A stretch of 62,120 nt of DNA, filler included, from Candidatus Babelota bacterium (GTDB taxonomy: Bacteria; JAGOBX01), in the NCBI GenBank assembly GCA_017999075.1. It is 8 parts of 8 records of this genome, joined end to end, with 100 filler letters (N's around TTAATTAATTAA, not from the genome) between each part and the next. Parts side by side here need not be neighbours in the genome. Positions count along the whole stretch, not along the records: positions 31,511 to 39,168 come from JAGOBX010000159.1; positions 39,269 to 46,868 come from JAGOBX010000160.1; 6 more parts are not named here. One strand, 5' to 3'. The notes beneath the pieces are model-generated. The model worked only from the letters and a program-made list of their open reading frames with translations, ran no database searches and had not been told where the DNA came from. A program made the translations under genes and the position numbers. Below, one piece after another: positions 32,914 through 42,025 of the stretch (position 1 is its first letter; every line of letters starts with the position of its first letter).

Positions 32914-33162
32914 ATGACAACATTCGTAAAAGATTTATCTATTGATGAATTTCAACATTTAATAACCGAAACTACTCAAAACATTTTACAGGAATTTTTT
33001 GATGATATTCAATCGTTATCTAACAATCAATATTTAGAATCAATTATTAAATCGCGCGCTGATATTGAAAAAGGCGCGTTTGTTTCGTTTGAGGAAGCTT
33101 TCAACGATAATAACATTGATATTTTGCGTATCTGCCATAGAAAAGACGTTTATAGGTTATAA
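32914..33162 (+). CDS. Antitoxin-like protein fused to the C-terminal stub of a RelE toxin
   Basis: Acidic antitoxin-like body (YLESI.KSRADIEKG..VSFEE) ending in ILRICHRKDVYRL. Confidence 0.6.
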   Translation: MTTFVKDLSIDEFQHLITETTQNILQEFFDDIQSLSNNQYLESIIKSRADIEKGAFVSFEEAFNDNNIDILRICHRKDVYRL

Positions 33163-33178
33163 AAAATATTCCAACTTC

Positions 33179-33265
33179 AATATATTCAATTTTCAAATAA
33201 CATTTTTACCGTGCGTCTGCAATCAAACGCTTTTTTCTACACGGATTTGTCGGATTTTCACGAAT
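33179..33265 (+). repeat. Direct repeat B, copy 1 (87 bp)
   Basis: 3 mismatches (counted by eye) to 33791-33877. Confidence 0.92.
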
Positions 33266-33291
33266 AAAATTTAAATTGAATATATTTTTTA

Positions 33292-33320
33292 TTGACTTAA
33301 TTATGCTATATTAGTATAAT
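33292..33320 (+). promoter_or_regulatory. sigma70-type promoter, probably leaderless transcript
   Basis: TTGACT-17bp-TATAAT, ATG 8 nt downstream, no SD. Confidence 0.65.
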
Positions 33321-33328
33321 TTTTATTA

Positions 33329-33568
33329 ATGAGTCCAACGGTATTTCGTTATAAGAATTATCGTTTCTTCTTTTTCTCAAGAGAAGAAATTCGTAAACAC
33401 ATTCATATTCAGTCAACCAATGGCGAATGTAAATATTGGCTTGAACCTGAAATATCATTGGCGCATAATCAATATTTAACTGATGTTCAATTAAATGAAA
33501 TTAAATCATTAATCAAGGAAAAATATAATGACATTATCAATGCTTGGAACAAACACTTCTCAAGTTGA
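33329..33568 (+). CDS. DUF4160 protein (putative TA component)
   Basis: MSPTVF...YRFFFFSREE.R.HIH, CKYWLEP, W..HF. Confidence 0.85.
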   Translation: MSPTVFRYKNYRFFFFSREEIRKHIHIQSTNGECKYWLEPEISLAHNQYLTDVQLNEIKSLIKEKYNDIINAWNKHFSS

Positions 33569-33788
33569 AATTGAAAACATTTCAACTTACGGGTTTTGGA
33601 TTTTTTTAGAAAACAAAGAATATTATCTCTCATTTGAACAATATCCTTGGTTTAAAAATGCAACTATTTCAGATATCATTTCCGTTCAGTTTTTTCCGCC
33701 CCGTCATTTATATTGGGAAAATTTAGATGTTGACCTTGATTTAAATGATATTATTAATCCTAGTAATTCACCGTTAATTTATAAATAA
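33528..33788 (+). CDS. DUF2442 protein (putative TA component)
   Basis: YPWFKNATI, HLYWENLDVDL. Confidence 0.85.
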   Translation: MTLSMLGTNTSQVEIENISTYGFWIFLENKEYYLSFEQYPWFKNATISDIISVQFFPPRHLYWENLDVDLDLNDIINPSNSPLIYK

Positions 33789-33790
33789 AT

Positions 33791-33877
33791 AATATATTCA
33801 ATTTTCAAATAACATTTTTACCGCGCGTCTGCAATCAAACGCTTTTTTCTACACGGATTTCTCTGATTTTCACGAAT
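33791..33877 (+). repeat. Direct repeat B, copy 2
   Basis: Matches 33179-33265; begins just after DUF2442 stop. Confidence 0.92.
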
Positions 33878-33939
33878 TTTTTAGCCCAAAAACATATCAG
33901 AATCGTTCACTTTTTTAGATATTATATTGCTTAACAAAA

Positions 33940-34130
33940 AATTGTTAATTGTTGAAATACAGCACAACTGCCCAGGGTATTCAATAGTAAAAATTATCCA
34001 CCCAATACACCGAATTTTACCGAATCTAATTAAATCTAATCAACGTAAATCTGACTATCTATCGTTAAAATTATAACCTGCCGCATTTTAAAATTTTTAA
34101 ATATGACTTTTGACTATACGGCACTTTTTT
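33940..34130 (+). repeat. Direct repeat A, copy 2
   Basis: Matches 32592-32814. Confidence 0.9.
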
Positions 34131-34143
34131 CGGCACTTTTTTC

Positions 34144-35091
34144 CTATTTTAAATTTTGACTGCGGTTTGGTATGAATCTGTAAAGTACTGAAAATTTATG
34201 AGATGTGTCAAGTTCACGGTTTGGTATATATGCGTAATTTATTTGAAAATTAAACAGATTGAATCCGCAGCCTAAGGAAAAACCAGAACCCGCGTCATTT
34301 ATTGTATTATATCCTGCCTGTATAGAAAATTTTTTATCGTATTCTATTTCTATTCCAGTCATAAAATCTTTTTCTTTGTCAATAAAATTAAAAGAAAAAT
34401 CTACCGATGGTCTTATGATAAAAATATTTTCAAACGAAAATTCAGAAGAAATTCCGAAATTTTGAGTCAACGGCAAATCTTCACTGACCTTTGAATATTT
34501 TAATTTTGTTCCGAAATTTTTTATTGTCGCTCCGATTAATAAAGGGATTTCGTCTGAACCGGCTGCAGCCATCCAGCCAATGTCAAAAGCTATACTTTTA
34601 GCCTCATCTTCTGCTATACGCGATTTTATTAAATTCATTGTTATCCCGAATTTTAGTTTACTCTCCATATTCGGCGACCATGTTAAACCTGCAGTATAAT
34701 CTTTTGCAGTGAATGTTCCCTGTTCTGCGTATGATGTAGCAGACGTCAGTATTGTCCTGTTGAATGTTCCATAATCAAACATATTAAAACTCAATCCTAT
34801 CGAACTTTTAATTTTTTCAAAATAACTTGTCCATCCAATATAATGCTGTGTAATATCTTCAAAATATTCATTTCTGAAAAATAGTATTTCTGTAGATTTC
34901 AATGCCGATAATCCTGCAGGATTCCAGTACAATCCGTCTATACCTGACGCAAGCGAAGTATATGCCCCTCCTAATGCAGATGCTCTTGCCCCGACAGGCA
35001 CATTTAAAAATAATGCGCTCTCCGGCGAGTCGGTATAACCAATACTTTTAAAAAATATTATCAATAAATATACTAAAATTATTTTTTTCAT
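34144..35091 (-). CDS. PorV/PorQ (UPF0164)-family outer-membrane protein
   Basis: FLNVPVGARASALGGAY...YWNPAGL; C-terminal INYAY...L..SHKFS. Confidence 0.85.
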   Translation of the reverse strand: MKKIILVYLLIIFFKSIGYTDSPESALFLNVPVGARASALGGAYTSLASGIDGLYWNPAGLSALKSTEILFFRNEYFEDITQHYIGWTSYFEKIKSSIGLSFNMFDYGTFNRTILTSATSYAEQGTFTAKDYTAGLTWSPNMESKLKFGITMNLIKSRIAEDEAKSIAFDIGWMAAAGSDEIPLLIGATIKNFGTKLKYSKVSEDLPLTQNFGISSEFSFENIFIIRPSVDFSFNFIDKEKDFMTGIEIEYDKKFSIQAGYNTINDAGSGFSLGCGFNLFNFQINYAYIPNRELDTSHKFSVLYRFIPNRSQNLK

Positions 35092-35273
35092 TTGATCAAT
35101 TTTTATAAAACCTATATAATAAATTTAATTAAAAAAATTAACAAAGTTGAATATTATGCTTTTAAATAATTAGTTTACAAAATAATTTTATTTTACGTAT
35201 TTTTATTGATTATCAATTAAGCGGTTTGTAAACTAATCATTTCAAACATAGTATGTAATCAGAAATTTTCTGA

Positions 35274-38200
35274 TTATCTCACCAGTGCCGCTTTCCTAAC
35301 GATTTTTTCACTTCCGCTTTTAACAACTATTATATATATTCCGCTGCCTGCTTCTCTACCGTCTTCATATCTTGCATCCCATATAGCCATACCGCTGTTT
35401 GCTATAGGCGTCAACTCTTTTACGCGCCTGCCGAGTATATCATATATTGTAATTACTGCATCTGCTGTCAGTCCGATTATATGAACACCGGTTTTATTGT
35501 TCACATCCGCTGTTCCAAAAAATTCTTTGCCGGTTTCTTCCAGCCCGTCATTAGGTTTAAATGGATTTGGAAACACTGTTACATTATTCAGACTGATTGA
35601 AGCAGGAGCGCTCTTATCGCTGAATAACGCAAACAGCGAAAAATGCTTGGCATACGCGGTTATTTCTTTGTGTTCTGTATCAATGTTTCTATTTGGAAGT
35701 TTTTCCCACACACTTGTTAAACGCGAGTATGTCCATATTGACATTTCAAATACATTCACAGTTGTTCCGTCTATTACATTATTGTTGTCATTATCAATAT
35801 ATGCAAAAATCAATTCCAGCGGATTTGTATCGCTAATACTTATGCTTGTATCGCTGAAATTTATTTCTAACAATCCTGATAATTTTTGTTTACTATTTTT
35901 TTCAAGTATAGATTGAATGACCTGTGTATCCGCGCTCAATACTTCCATAATAATAACAGCATCCGTATCAAACGAACCAGCCGGTAAGTTTAATTTTATA
36001 TTCATATCGTCTGCCGGATTATCTGCTGCTGCTGATATTGAAATTTCATTATTTTTACTCTGATTGAGTTTTTCCGATACTTCAGTTAAACCATCGTATT
36101 TTAAATTTTTTCTGGTGTCAGCGTCAGTATGATTTATTTCTATTGTTATCTGCGGCGGATTAACGTCAACATTATCATTAATATCAGTTACTACTGCGCG
36201 CAGATTATAAAAACCCGCAGAATACATTGTAAAATCAGATAATACAAAATATGGATAATTATAATCTGGATTACCTGATGAACGTGTTGTTTTAACAGCA
36301 GGTATGTCAAACCAGATATTATCATTAATATTTTTCATCTGAAATAATATCTGTTTTACTCTATCTGTTTTATTTTTTTTATCAGCGCCGCGTAAATAAA
36401 TATGCAGTTTATCATTAGTTAAATCAAAATCAGTTACCATTTTTGTATAACTGTAAAATCCTTTTTTAATGCCTGAATATTCAATTTGTGAAACCTGCTC
36501 AGTAATCCCCATTTTAAAAACAGTAAATATATTATCAGCAATTTTGTCCGGTTCGATTTCTTTTGTATAAACAATTACTGTCAAATTATTATCCAGATAA
36601 CTTGTTTCAATATAATCAACTGGATTGCCTGCATTAGAATTTTCAAAATTATTTTTCAACTCATCCGCAAAATCATTGGTTGTTTCAAAAATTATCGAAT
36701 CATTATTGTTATATAATTCAGCCATAATATTCACGCCATTGCCGGTTATTTTCTGCAGCGGCTGCGGATGTTTGATATATGCATGTAATTCTGTTTCAAC
36801 ACTCTCTATCTGACATGAATTTATTTTTACAATACGTGAACTGTTTTTTTCTTCAAACAAATTATTATCTGTTGCTCGTACTCCGAATAAATAATCTTTT
36901 TCTGTCTGCAAATCATTTTTATAAAATGAATATGAAGCTGTATCTCCTGCAGGTATTACAATAATCGGAACTGAATAATCAATTATTCCTGAACCGTTAT
37001 CAGAATAAATTTTATATTCTTTGATGTTTGGAGAGATTGATTTATCAAATGTCAATAAAATATTTCCATTGCCGAAATCCTGCGCTTGAAAATTTTCTGG
37101 AGGGAGCGGATAACCCGCAATAACTGTAATATCTGTTTCAGTATCACTCGCAGTTAATTTATTGGATACAGTAAGCAAACAAACGCTATTCAATGTCTTC
37201 CCGATATAAAATGTATCTTCGCAAATTTTACTTTCATAATAATAAACAATCCCCGAATCAGCCGAAATTTTTTCAAGTCGCCATTCCATTCTGTTTGCTG
37301 ATGTTGTATCTTGAGCAGGGTAACTGCTGTTTGAAATAAAGTTTAAACCATTATCATAAATATTTTCAATATTCAGATTATTAATGTCTTTGCCGCTGTT
37401 ATTTGTTATCGAAATTTTATATGTTATTATATCTCCTGAATACGCGTATTTATCACGCAATTCAACAGATAATTGAGGTCTGTTATTATCGCGGCTCTGT
37501 CTGCTGTTCTCATAAATATTATTTTCATCAGGAAAATCATACCAGTTAATTTTGGAGTTATAACCGCTTTCCCGCCAATCCCTGAATAGCGGATACGCCA
37601 CATTAAAAGCAGGAGTTTTAACACCGCTGTCTATCTGGTTGCCTTCAAGCGGCCAACCCCAATTTGACGGAACTTTCAGCGCAAATGGATAACCGTTTTC
37701 ATCAACAGAATTCAGATAAATTTCTCTGTTTGTATCTTTTACATATAAATATGGATTATAAGGTGGAGTATCTGCGTCATCTAAATTATTAAGTTGCGGG
37801 TTTGCAAACGTAATCTCAAGTTTTACTGATTGCCCGTCAATATACGTCTGATTTTTATTTACATTGGGCATAGCTGCATTATTGAACGCTGCTTTTGTTG
37901 AATCAAATAAAATTAAATCCGCTGAATTGACTGAATTCTGTTTTGACCCCGCTCTCCATCTGCCTAATGAATCGAATAAACTCCGTTCAATTGATGCGCT
38001 GCCGCGAAAGTTCAATTTTATTTTGAACTGATGGTCGTAACCAGCGCCGCGCGAAAGAGCTTTCGCAGTTATTATAATTTTTTTTATCTCATTATTTTCG
38101 TTTATTTCTCTTGTTATATTTAAATCAGTTACAAAATCATTGTAATCCCCGTCTCCTACATCCGGAAACAAATCTTCAAACGCTAATGTATAATAAAAAT

Positions 38201-39047
38201 TATCTGGCCGAACTCCGTTCACAGTCTGCTCAATATTCAGAGCAGGCAATGTAATATTAAATTTTTTTGTTGCAGTATCAACTCCATTTTGATCATCATA
38301 TACAATCAATATTACTGAATCAGTACCTGTATCTGAAAATATAATTGTTACTGCTGAATCATTTGAAATTTCAATATTTCTTTGAAACCACTTATACCCT
38401 GTAATCTGACCATCAAAATCAAAAGAGTTCACCGCTGTTAAATGAATACTTTGTCCTGAATATAAACCTGTGTCGGATAATGTTATCACAGCTGACGGCG
38501 GAATATTATCAGGTTTGACTCGGGTATATCTGCGTATTTCTGAAACACTCGTATTATAAAAATTGTCAACCGCTATAATGCGCCAGTAATAATTTTCCGT
38601 ATCATACGCAGTATTAAACAAAATATGAATATTGGTTTCAGAAGTTATGACCGAATCAATATTGATATTATTAAAATAACTGTCAGCAGCCAATTGAAAC
38701 CTGTAATAATTTATGCCGCTCCAATAATCATTTGCCGATGCCCACTGAAATAGTTCTTCGTTTAATTTTGAAGTTGCAGCATCTGCCGGAGATATCAATA
38801 CCGGACTGTCAGGCGCTTCAATATCTATCATAGGACTATAACCTGCAGCTGTTTTAAACAAATCCGCATTATAAAAAATATTTGAATCAGAAGCTATACT
38901 CTGACCGCCAACAGCCTGCATTATTATTGCGCCGTTATTTTCAATCAGCGCACCGCCATTTGAAAATACTGAATACGTCATTTTATACGCAGATACCGTT
39001 CCTGCGCATATTATCAATATTATAAAAATTAACAATACCTTTTTCAT
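35274..39047 (-). CDS. Large secreted protein: PKD, LruC/DUF4842-like, DUF11-like, FN3-like domains and FlgD-Ig/T9SS-sorting-like C-terminus
   Basis: S.D.DG.I..Y.W (PKD); LAFEDLFP..GD.DYND (LruC); GDIITYKISITN; HFSLFAL; VFPNPF...IYDILGR...WDAR...SGIY; MKKVLL start preferred. Confidence 0.8.
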   Translation of the reverse strand: MKKVLLIFIILIICAGTVSAYKMTYSVFSNGGALIENNGAIIMQAVGGQSIASDSNIFYNADLFKTAAGYSPMIDIEAPDSPVLISPADAATSKLNEELFQWASANDYWSGINYYRFQLAADSYFNNINIDSVITSETNIHILFNTAYDTENYYWRIIAVDNFYNTSVSEIRRYTRVKPDNIPPSAVITLSDTGLYSGQSIHLTAVNSFDFDGQITGYKWFQRNIEISNDSAVTIIFSDTGTDSVILIVYDDQNGVDTATKKFNITLPALNIEQTVNGVRPDNFYYTLAFEDLFPDVGDGDYNDFVTDLNITREINENNEIKKIIITAKALSRGAGYDHQFKIKLNFRGSASIERSLFDSLGRWRAGSKQNSVNSADLILFDSTKAAFNNAAMPNVNKNQTYIDGQSVKLEITFANPQLNNLDDADTPPYNPYLYVKDTNREIYLNSVDENGYPFALKVPSNWGWPLEGNQIDSGVKTPAFNVAYPLFRDWRESGYNSKINWYDFPDENNIYENSRQSRDNNRPQLSVELRDKYAYSGDIITYKISITNNSGKDINNLNIENIYDNGLNFISNSSYPAQDTTSANRMEWRLEKISADSGIVYYYESKICEDTFYIGKTLNSVCLLTVSNKLTASDTETDITVIAGYPLPPENFQAQDFGNGNILLTFDKSISPNIKEYKIYSDNGSGIIDYSVPIIVIPAGDTASYSFYKNDLQTEKDYLFGVRATDNNLFEEKNSSRIVKINSCQIESVETELHAYIKHPQPLQKITGNGVNIMAELYNNNDSIIFETTNDFADELKNNFENSNAGNPVDYIETSYLDNNLTVIVYTKEIEPDKIADNIFTVFKMGITEQVSQIEYSGIKKGFYSYTKMVTDFDLTNDKLHIYLRGADKKNKTDRVKQILFQMKNINDNIWFDIPAVKTTRSSGNPDYNYPYFVLSDFTMYSAGFYNLRAVVTDINDNVDVNPPQITIEINHTDADTRKNLKYDGLTEVSEKLNQSKNNEISISAAADNPADDMNIKLNLPAGSFDTDAVIIMEVLSADTQVIQSILEKNSKQKLSGLLEINFSDTSISISDTNPLELIFAYIDNDNNNVIDGTTVNVFEMSIWTYSRLTSVWEKLPNRNIDTEHKEITAYAKHFSLFALFSDKSAPASISLNNVTVFPNPFKPNDGLEETGKEFFGTADVNNKTGVHIIGLTADAVITIYDILGRRVKELTPIANSGMAIWDARYEDGREAGSGIYIIVVKSGSEKIVRKAALVR

Positions 39048-39106
39048 TTTATTTATTTGTTCAAAACACACTAATTAAATTATAAAAATAATTTCGTGAT
39101 TACTCT

Positions 39107-39168
39107 GTATTCTCAGTGGTAAAAATTATCCACCGAATACACCGAATTTCACCGAATCTAATTAAATC
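39107..39168 (+). repeat. Direct repeat A, copy 3 (partial, cut by contig end)
   Basis: GTAAAAATTATCCACCGAATACACCGAATTTCACCGAATCTAATTAAATC identical to copy 1 core. Confidence 0.88.
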
Positions 39169-39268
39169 NNNNNNNNNNNNNNNNNNNNNNNNNNNNNNNN
39201 NNNNNNNNNNNNTTAATTAATTAANNNNNNNNNNNNNNNNNNNNNNNNNNNNNNNNNNNNNNNNNNNN
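39169..39268. other. Artificial contig linker
   Basis: N-TTAATTAATTAA-N. Confidence 0.98.
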
Positions 39269-40209
39269 CATCCAAAAAAAAATTACATTGCTGATTTCAA
39301 TAATTATTACTATATTATGGACGACAAAATTTATAATAAAATCAAAATTAAATTCGCGCCGATTATGGATTTATTCAGCAATTACAACTATTGCATTCCT
39401 TATATCTATAGGATACATATGGTATCTTTCAATAAATTATACGCATTATACTGGCGCGGAATATAAACCCATAACCGATAAAAAAGCTTTGCAAAGCGAA
39501 ATATCTAATTATATAGAGAATTCTTTAATTATTCAAAATATCCTTTTGATAAACAAAATCCTGGCTGCGAATCTGGCCAAAAGATATTAACCTGAATGTA
39601 ATACGCTCTCCTGATCTTGATTCATATAAACTTATTCTCCCAAAGAGCTGTCCTGGTATTGATGAGGATATTGTGCTTGATGCTATTATTATTACATCAT
39701 CTTCATTCAGTTTTAAAAAAAATAGTTATAATACCAATTTTGGCAGTGATAAGTTCGGTGTAAAAACCGATTTCCCTGAACTATATTTTGATATCATACT
39801 TGAACGTGATTTCTGGGGAGCAATAACATCAAGGTTTATTCCGATAAGTGTTATATTTACCATTCTTTTCTTTGTTATAATGAACGGCACTACAAACGAA
39901 TCAATAAGAGGCAAGCGAGGGTTTACTGTGGTAACCGTACTTGGAGTCTGCGCATCAATGCTTTTTATAACGGTTTCAGAACAAATACAAATCCGTAATT
40001 TATTAAAATCATCAAATATAATATATCTTGAATATTTTTATTTTATCATATATCTGCTGATATTATATATTGCTACAAATACCATATTGTTTGTCAATAA
40101 TATTCAAATAAAAATAATTCAATATGCTGATAATTTAATCCCCAAGCTGTTGTACTGGCCCATTGTCACAGGGATTATTTTAATAATCACTGTTTTCGTG
40201 TTTTATTGA
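39269..40209 (+). pseudogene. Decayed paralog of the Cache-pLGIC gene
   Basis: IGYIWYL, then out-of-frame FNYSKYPFDKQ, another shift to PDLDSY...ERDF...IYLEYFYF...KLLYWP; ~90 codons missing versus 4073-6166. Confidence 0.75.
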
Positions 40210-41100
40210 TTGGGATTTTATTTTTAAAAACGATTCGAATGATTTATATGAACTCCTAACAAACGGTCCTGATTCAACAACTTTTATTTTTTTTGTTTCT
40301 GCATAATTTTTATATTCTAAAAATTTATGTTCATCAATATATTTTTTCACAGGATAGTGTTTCAACGACGGCTGAAGATATTGACCGATAGTCAGTATAT
40401 CAATTCCTGTATCTGAAATAATATCTATTAATTTCAGCGCTTCTTCTTCACTTTCTCCAAGCCCTAACATAAATCCTGTTTTTGAAACAACCACATTATT
40501 TATTTTTTTTATTGTTTCAAGGATGCGTATTGTTCTGTTAAAATCCGAATCAGGTCTTATCTCAGGATACAGCCTTTCAATCATTTCTATATTATGATTT
40601 ATTACGGCCGGAGATGCTTCAATAATTTTTTTTAAAAGTTCGATATTTCCGAATAAATCAGGAATCAGTAATTCTGTTTTAATTCCTATATTGTTCAGCA
40701 TATCTGTTAATTTTATAAAATACTCCACACCCATATTTTTCATATCATCCCGCGTAACAGAAGTTACAGTTACATACTTATATCCGTATTCCTTAACAAA
40801 TTCTACAATTTTATTTATTTCATCATCAAATACAAATTTTACAGGCACGCCTTTTTTGACATTACAAAATCCGCATCTGCGCGAACATATATCTCCAAGA
40901 ATCATAAAAGTAGCTGTTTTACTATTATAGCACTCGCTGATATTCGGGCATAACGCTGATTTGCACACAGTATTCAAACAAAGCGAATTTACTTTTGAAT
41001 TTAATTTCACTCCTGTTTCAGCAATCCTTATTTTTTTTTTTAACCATTCAGGTTTTCGCAAAAAATCTTTATTGCTCATTTTTTTTCTTGTTGGATTCAT
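40180..41100 (-). CDS. lipA: Lipoyl synthase
   Basis: C..ALCPNISEC, C.R.C.FC, TSVTRDD, GQYLQP, VRSSY. Confidence 0.95.
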   Translation of the reverse strand: MNPTRKKMSNKDFLRKPEWLKKKIRIAETGVKLNSKVNSLCLNTVCKSALCPNISECYNSKTATFMILGDICSRRCGFCNVKKGVPVKFVFDDEINKIVEFVKEYGYKYVTVTSVTRDDMKNMGVEYFIKLTDMLNNIGIKTELLIPDLFGNIELLKKIIEASPAVINHNIEMIERLYPEIRPDSDFNRTIRILETIKKINNVVVSKTGFMLGLGESEEEALKLIDIISDTGIDILTIGQYLQPSLKHYPVKKYIDEHKFLEYKNYAETKKIKVVESGPFVRSSYKSFESFLKIKSQSIKHENSDY

Positions 41101-41785
41101 AAATATATTGAAAATTCTTTAATAATTTTACTAATTCAGAAGTCACATTTTTGGTAGTATCCAAATCTTTATCTAAAACAGAATTGCGCAAATTTTCCAG
41201 ATTTATTTTAAAATATTTTAATAAAAACATGTTAAAAGGATTTGACAATTTTTTTTTATTGAACCTTTCAACAACAACGCCGTAAAAATCAATCATTTCA
41301 TTTACTTCAGCAATCATATAATCCCAATTTTTTTTCAGAATATAATTCTGAAACTGATTCAAATCTATAATAAAATAATTTATTTCCGGAGAATCAGTTA
41401 TCTCAAAATTATTATAACATTCATACAAAGTTTTAATTAAATTATTAAATTCTATTTCTGCCTTGTTTTCATAATTGTTATTCAATAATTTTATTTTCAA
41501 AGAATCAGCAGAAGTTTTAAGTTTTATTTTAAGATCAGATGATAAAATGCCTTTTTCAATAATTCCGTTAATTTTATCGTTTATATTCATAAAAATGGCA
41601 AAACTTTTATCCAATGAATTCTGCCTCAAATAATCCTGAAACTGATTTTCATATAAAATTATTATTGCTATATCCGATAAAACTCTCTGAGTTTCAAGGT
41701 TAACGCAACTTACCCGTATTTCAAAAATAAAAATAATATAAACTATTATTAACACATATTTAATTTTATTGAAATTCAAATTCAT
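41069..41785 (-). CDS. Hypothetical helical exported protein
   Basis: 238-aa ORF with N-terminal hydrophobic segment; overlaps lipA start. Confidence 0.55.
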   Translation of the reverse strand: MNLNFNKIKYVLIIVYIIFIFEIRVSCVNLETQRVLSDIAIIILYENQFQDYLRQNSLDKSFAIFMNINDKINGIIEKGILSSDLKIKLKTSADSLKIKLLNNNYENKAEIEFNNLIKTLYECYNNFEITDSPEINYFIIDLNQFQNYILKKNWDYMIAEVNEMIDFYGVVVERFNKKKLSNPFNMFLLKYFKINLENLRNSVLDKDLDTTKNVTSELVKLLKNFQYIYESNKKKNEQ

Positions 41786-42025
41786 AGTTTATATCAATAT
41801 CAATTTTAAAACACACCAAATTAAGAACTTCTGCCCTAAAACAAAATAATACCTTGTTTTCTCTCAATTATCAAGGATATTATTGTATATTTTAAAATTT
41901 TACAAAAAAATAAAATTTTCTTTGACAAACAATATATAATAACTATCATAAATATATTAATACAATAAACAATCATATTTGATTTATTTATAATTTAAAT
42001 GCTTGGATAAAATCCGGAGGATTTT

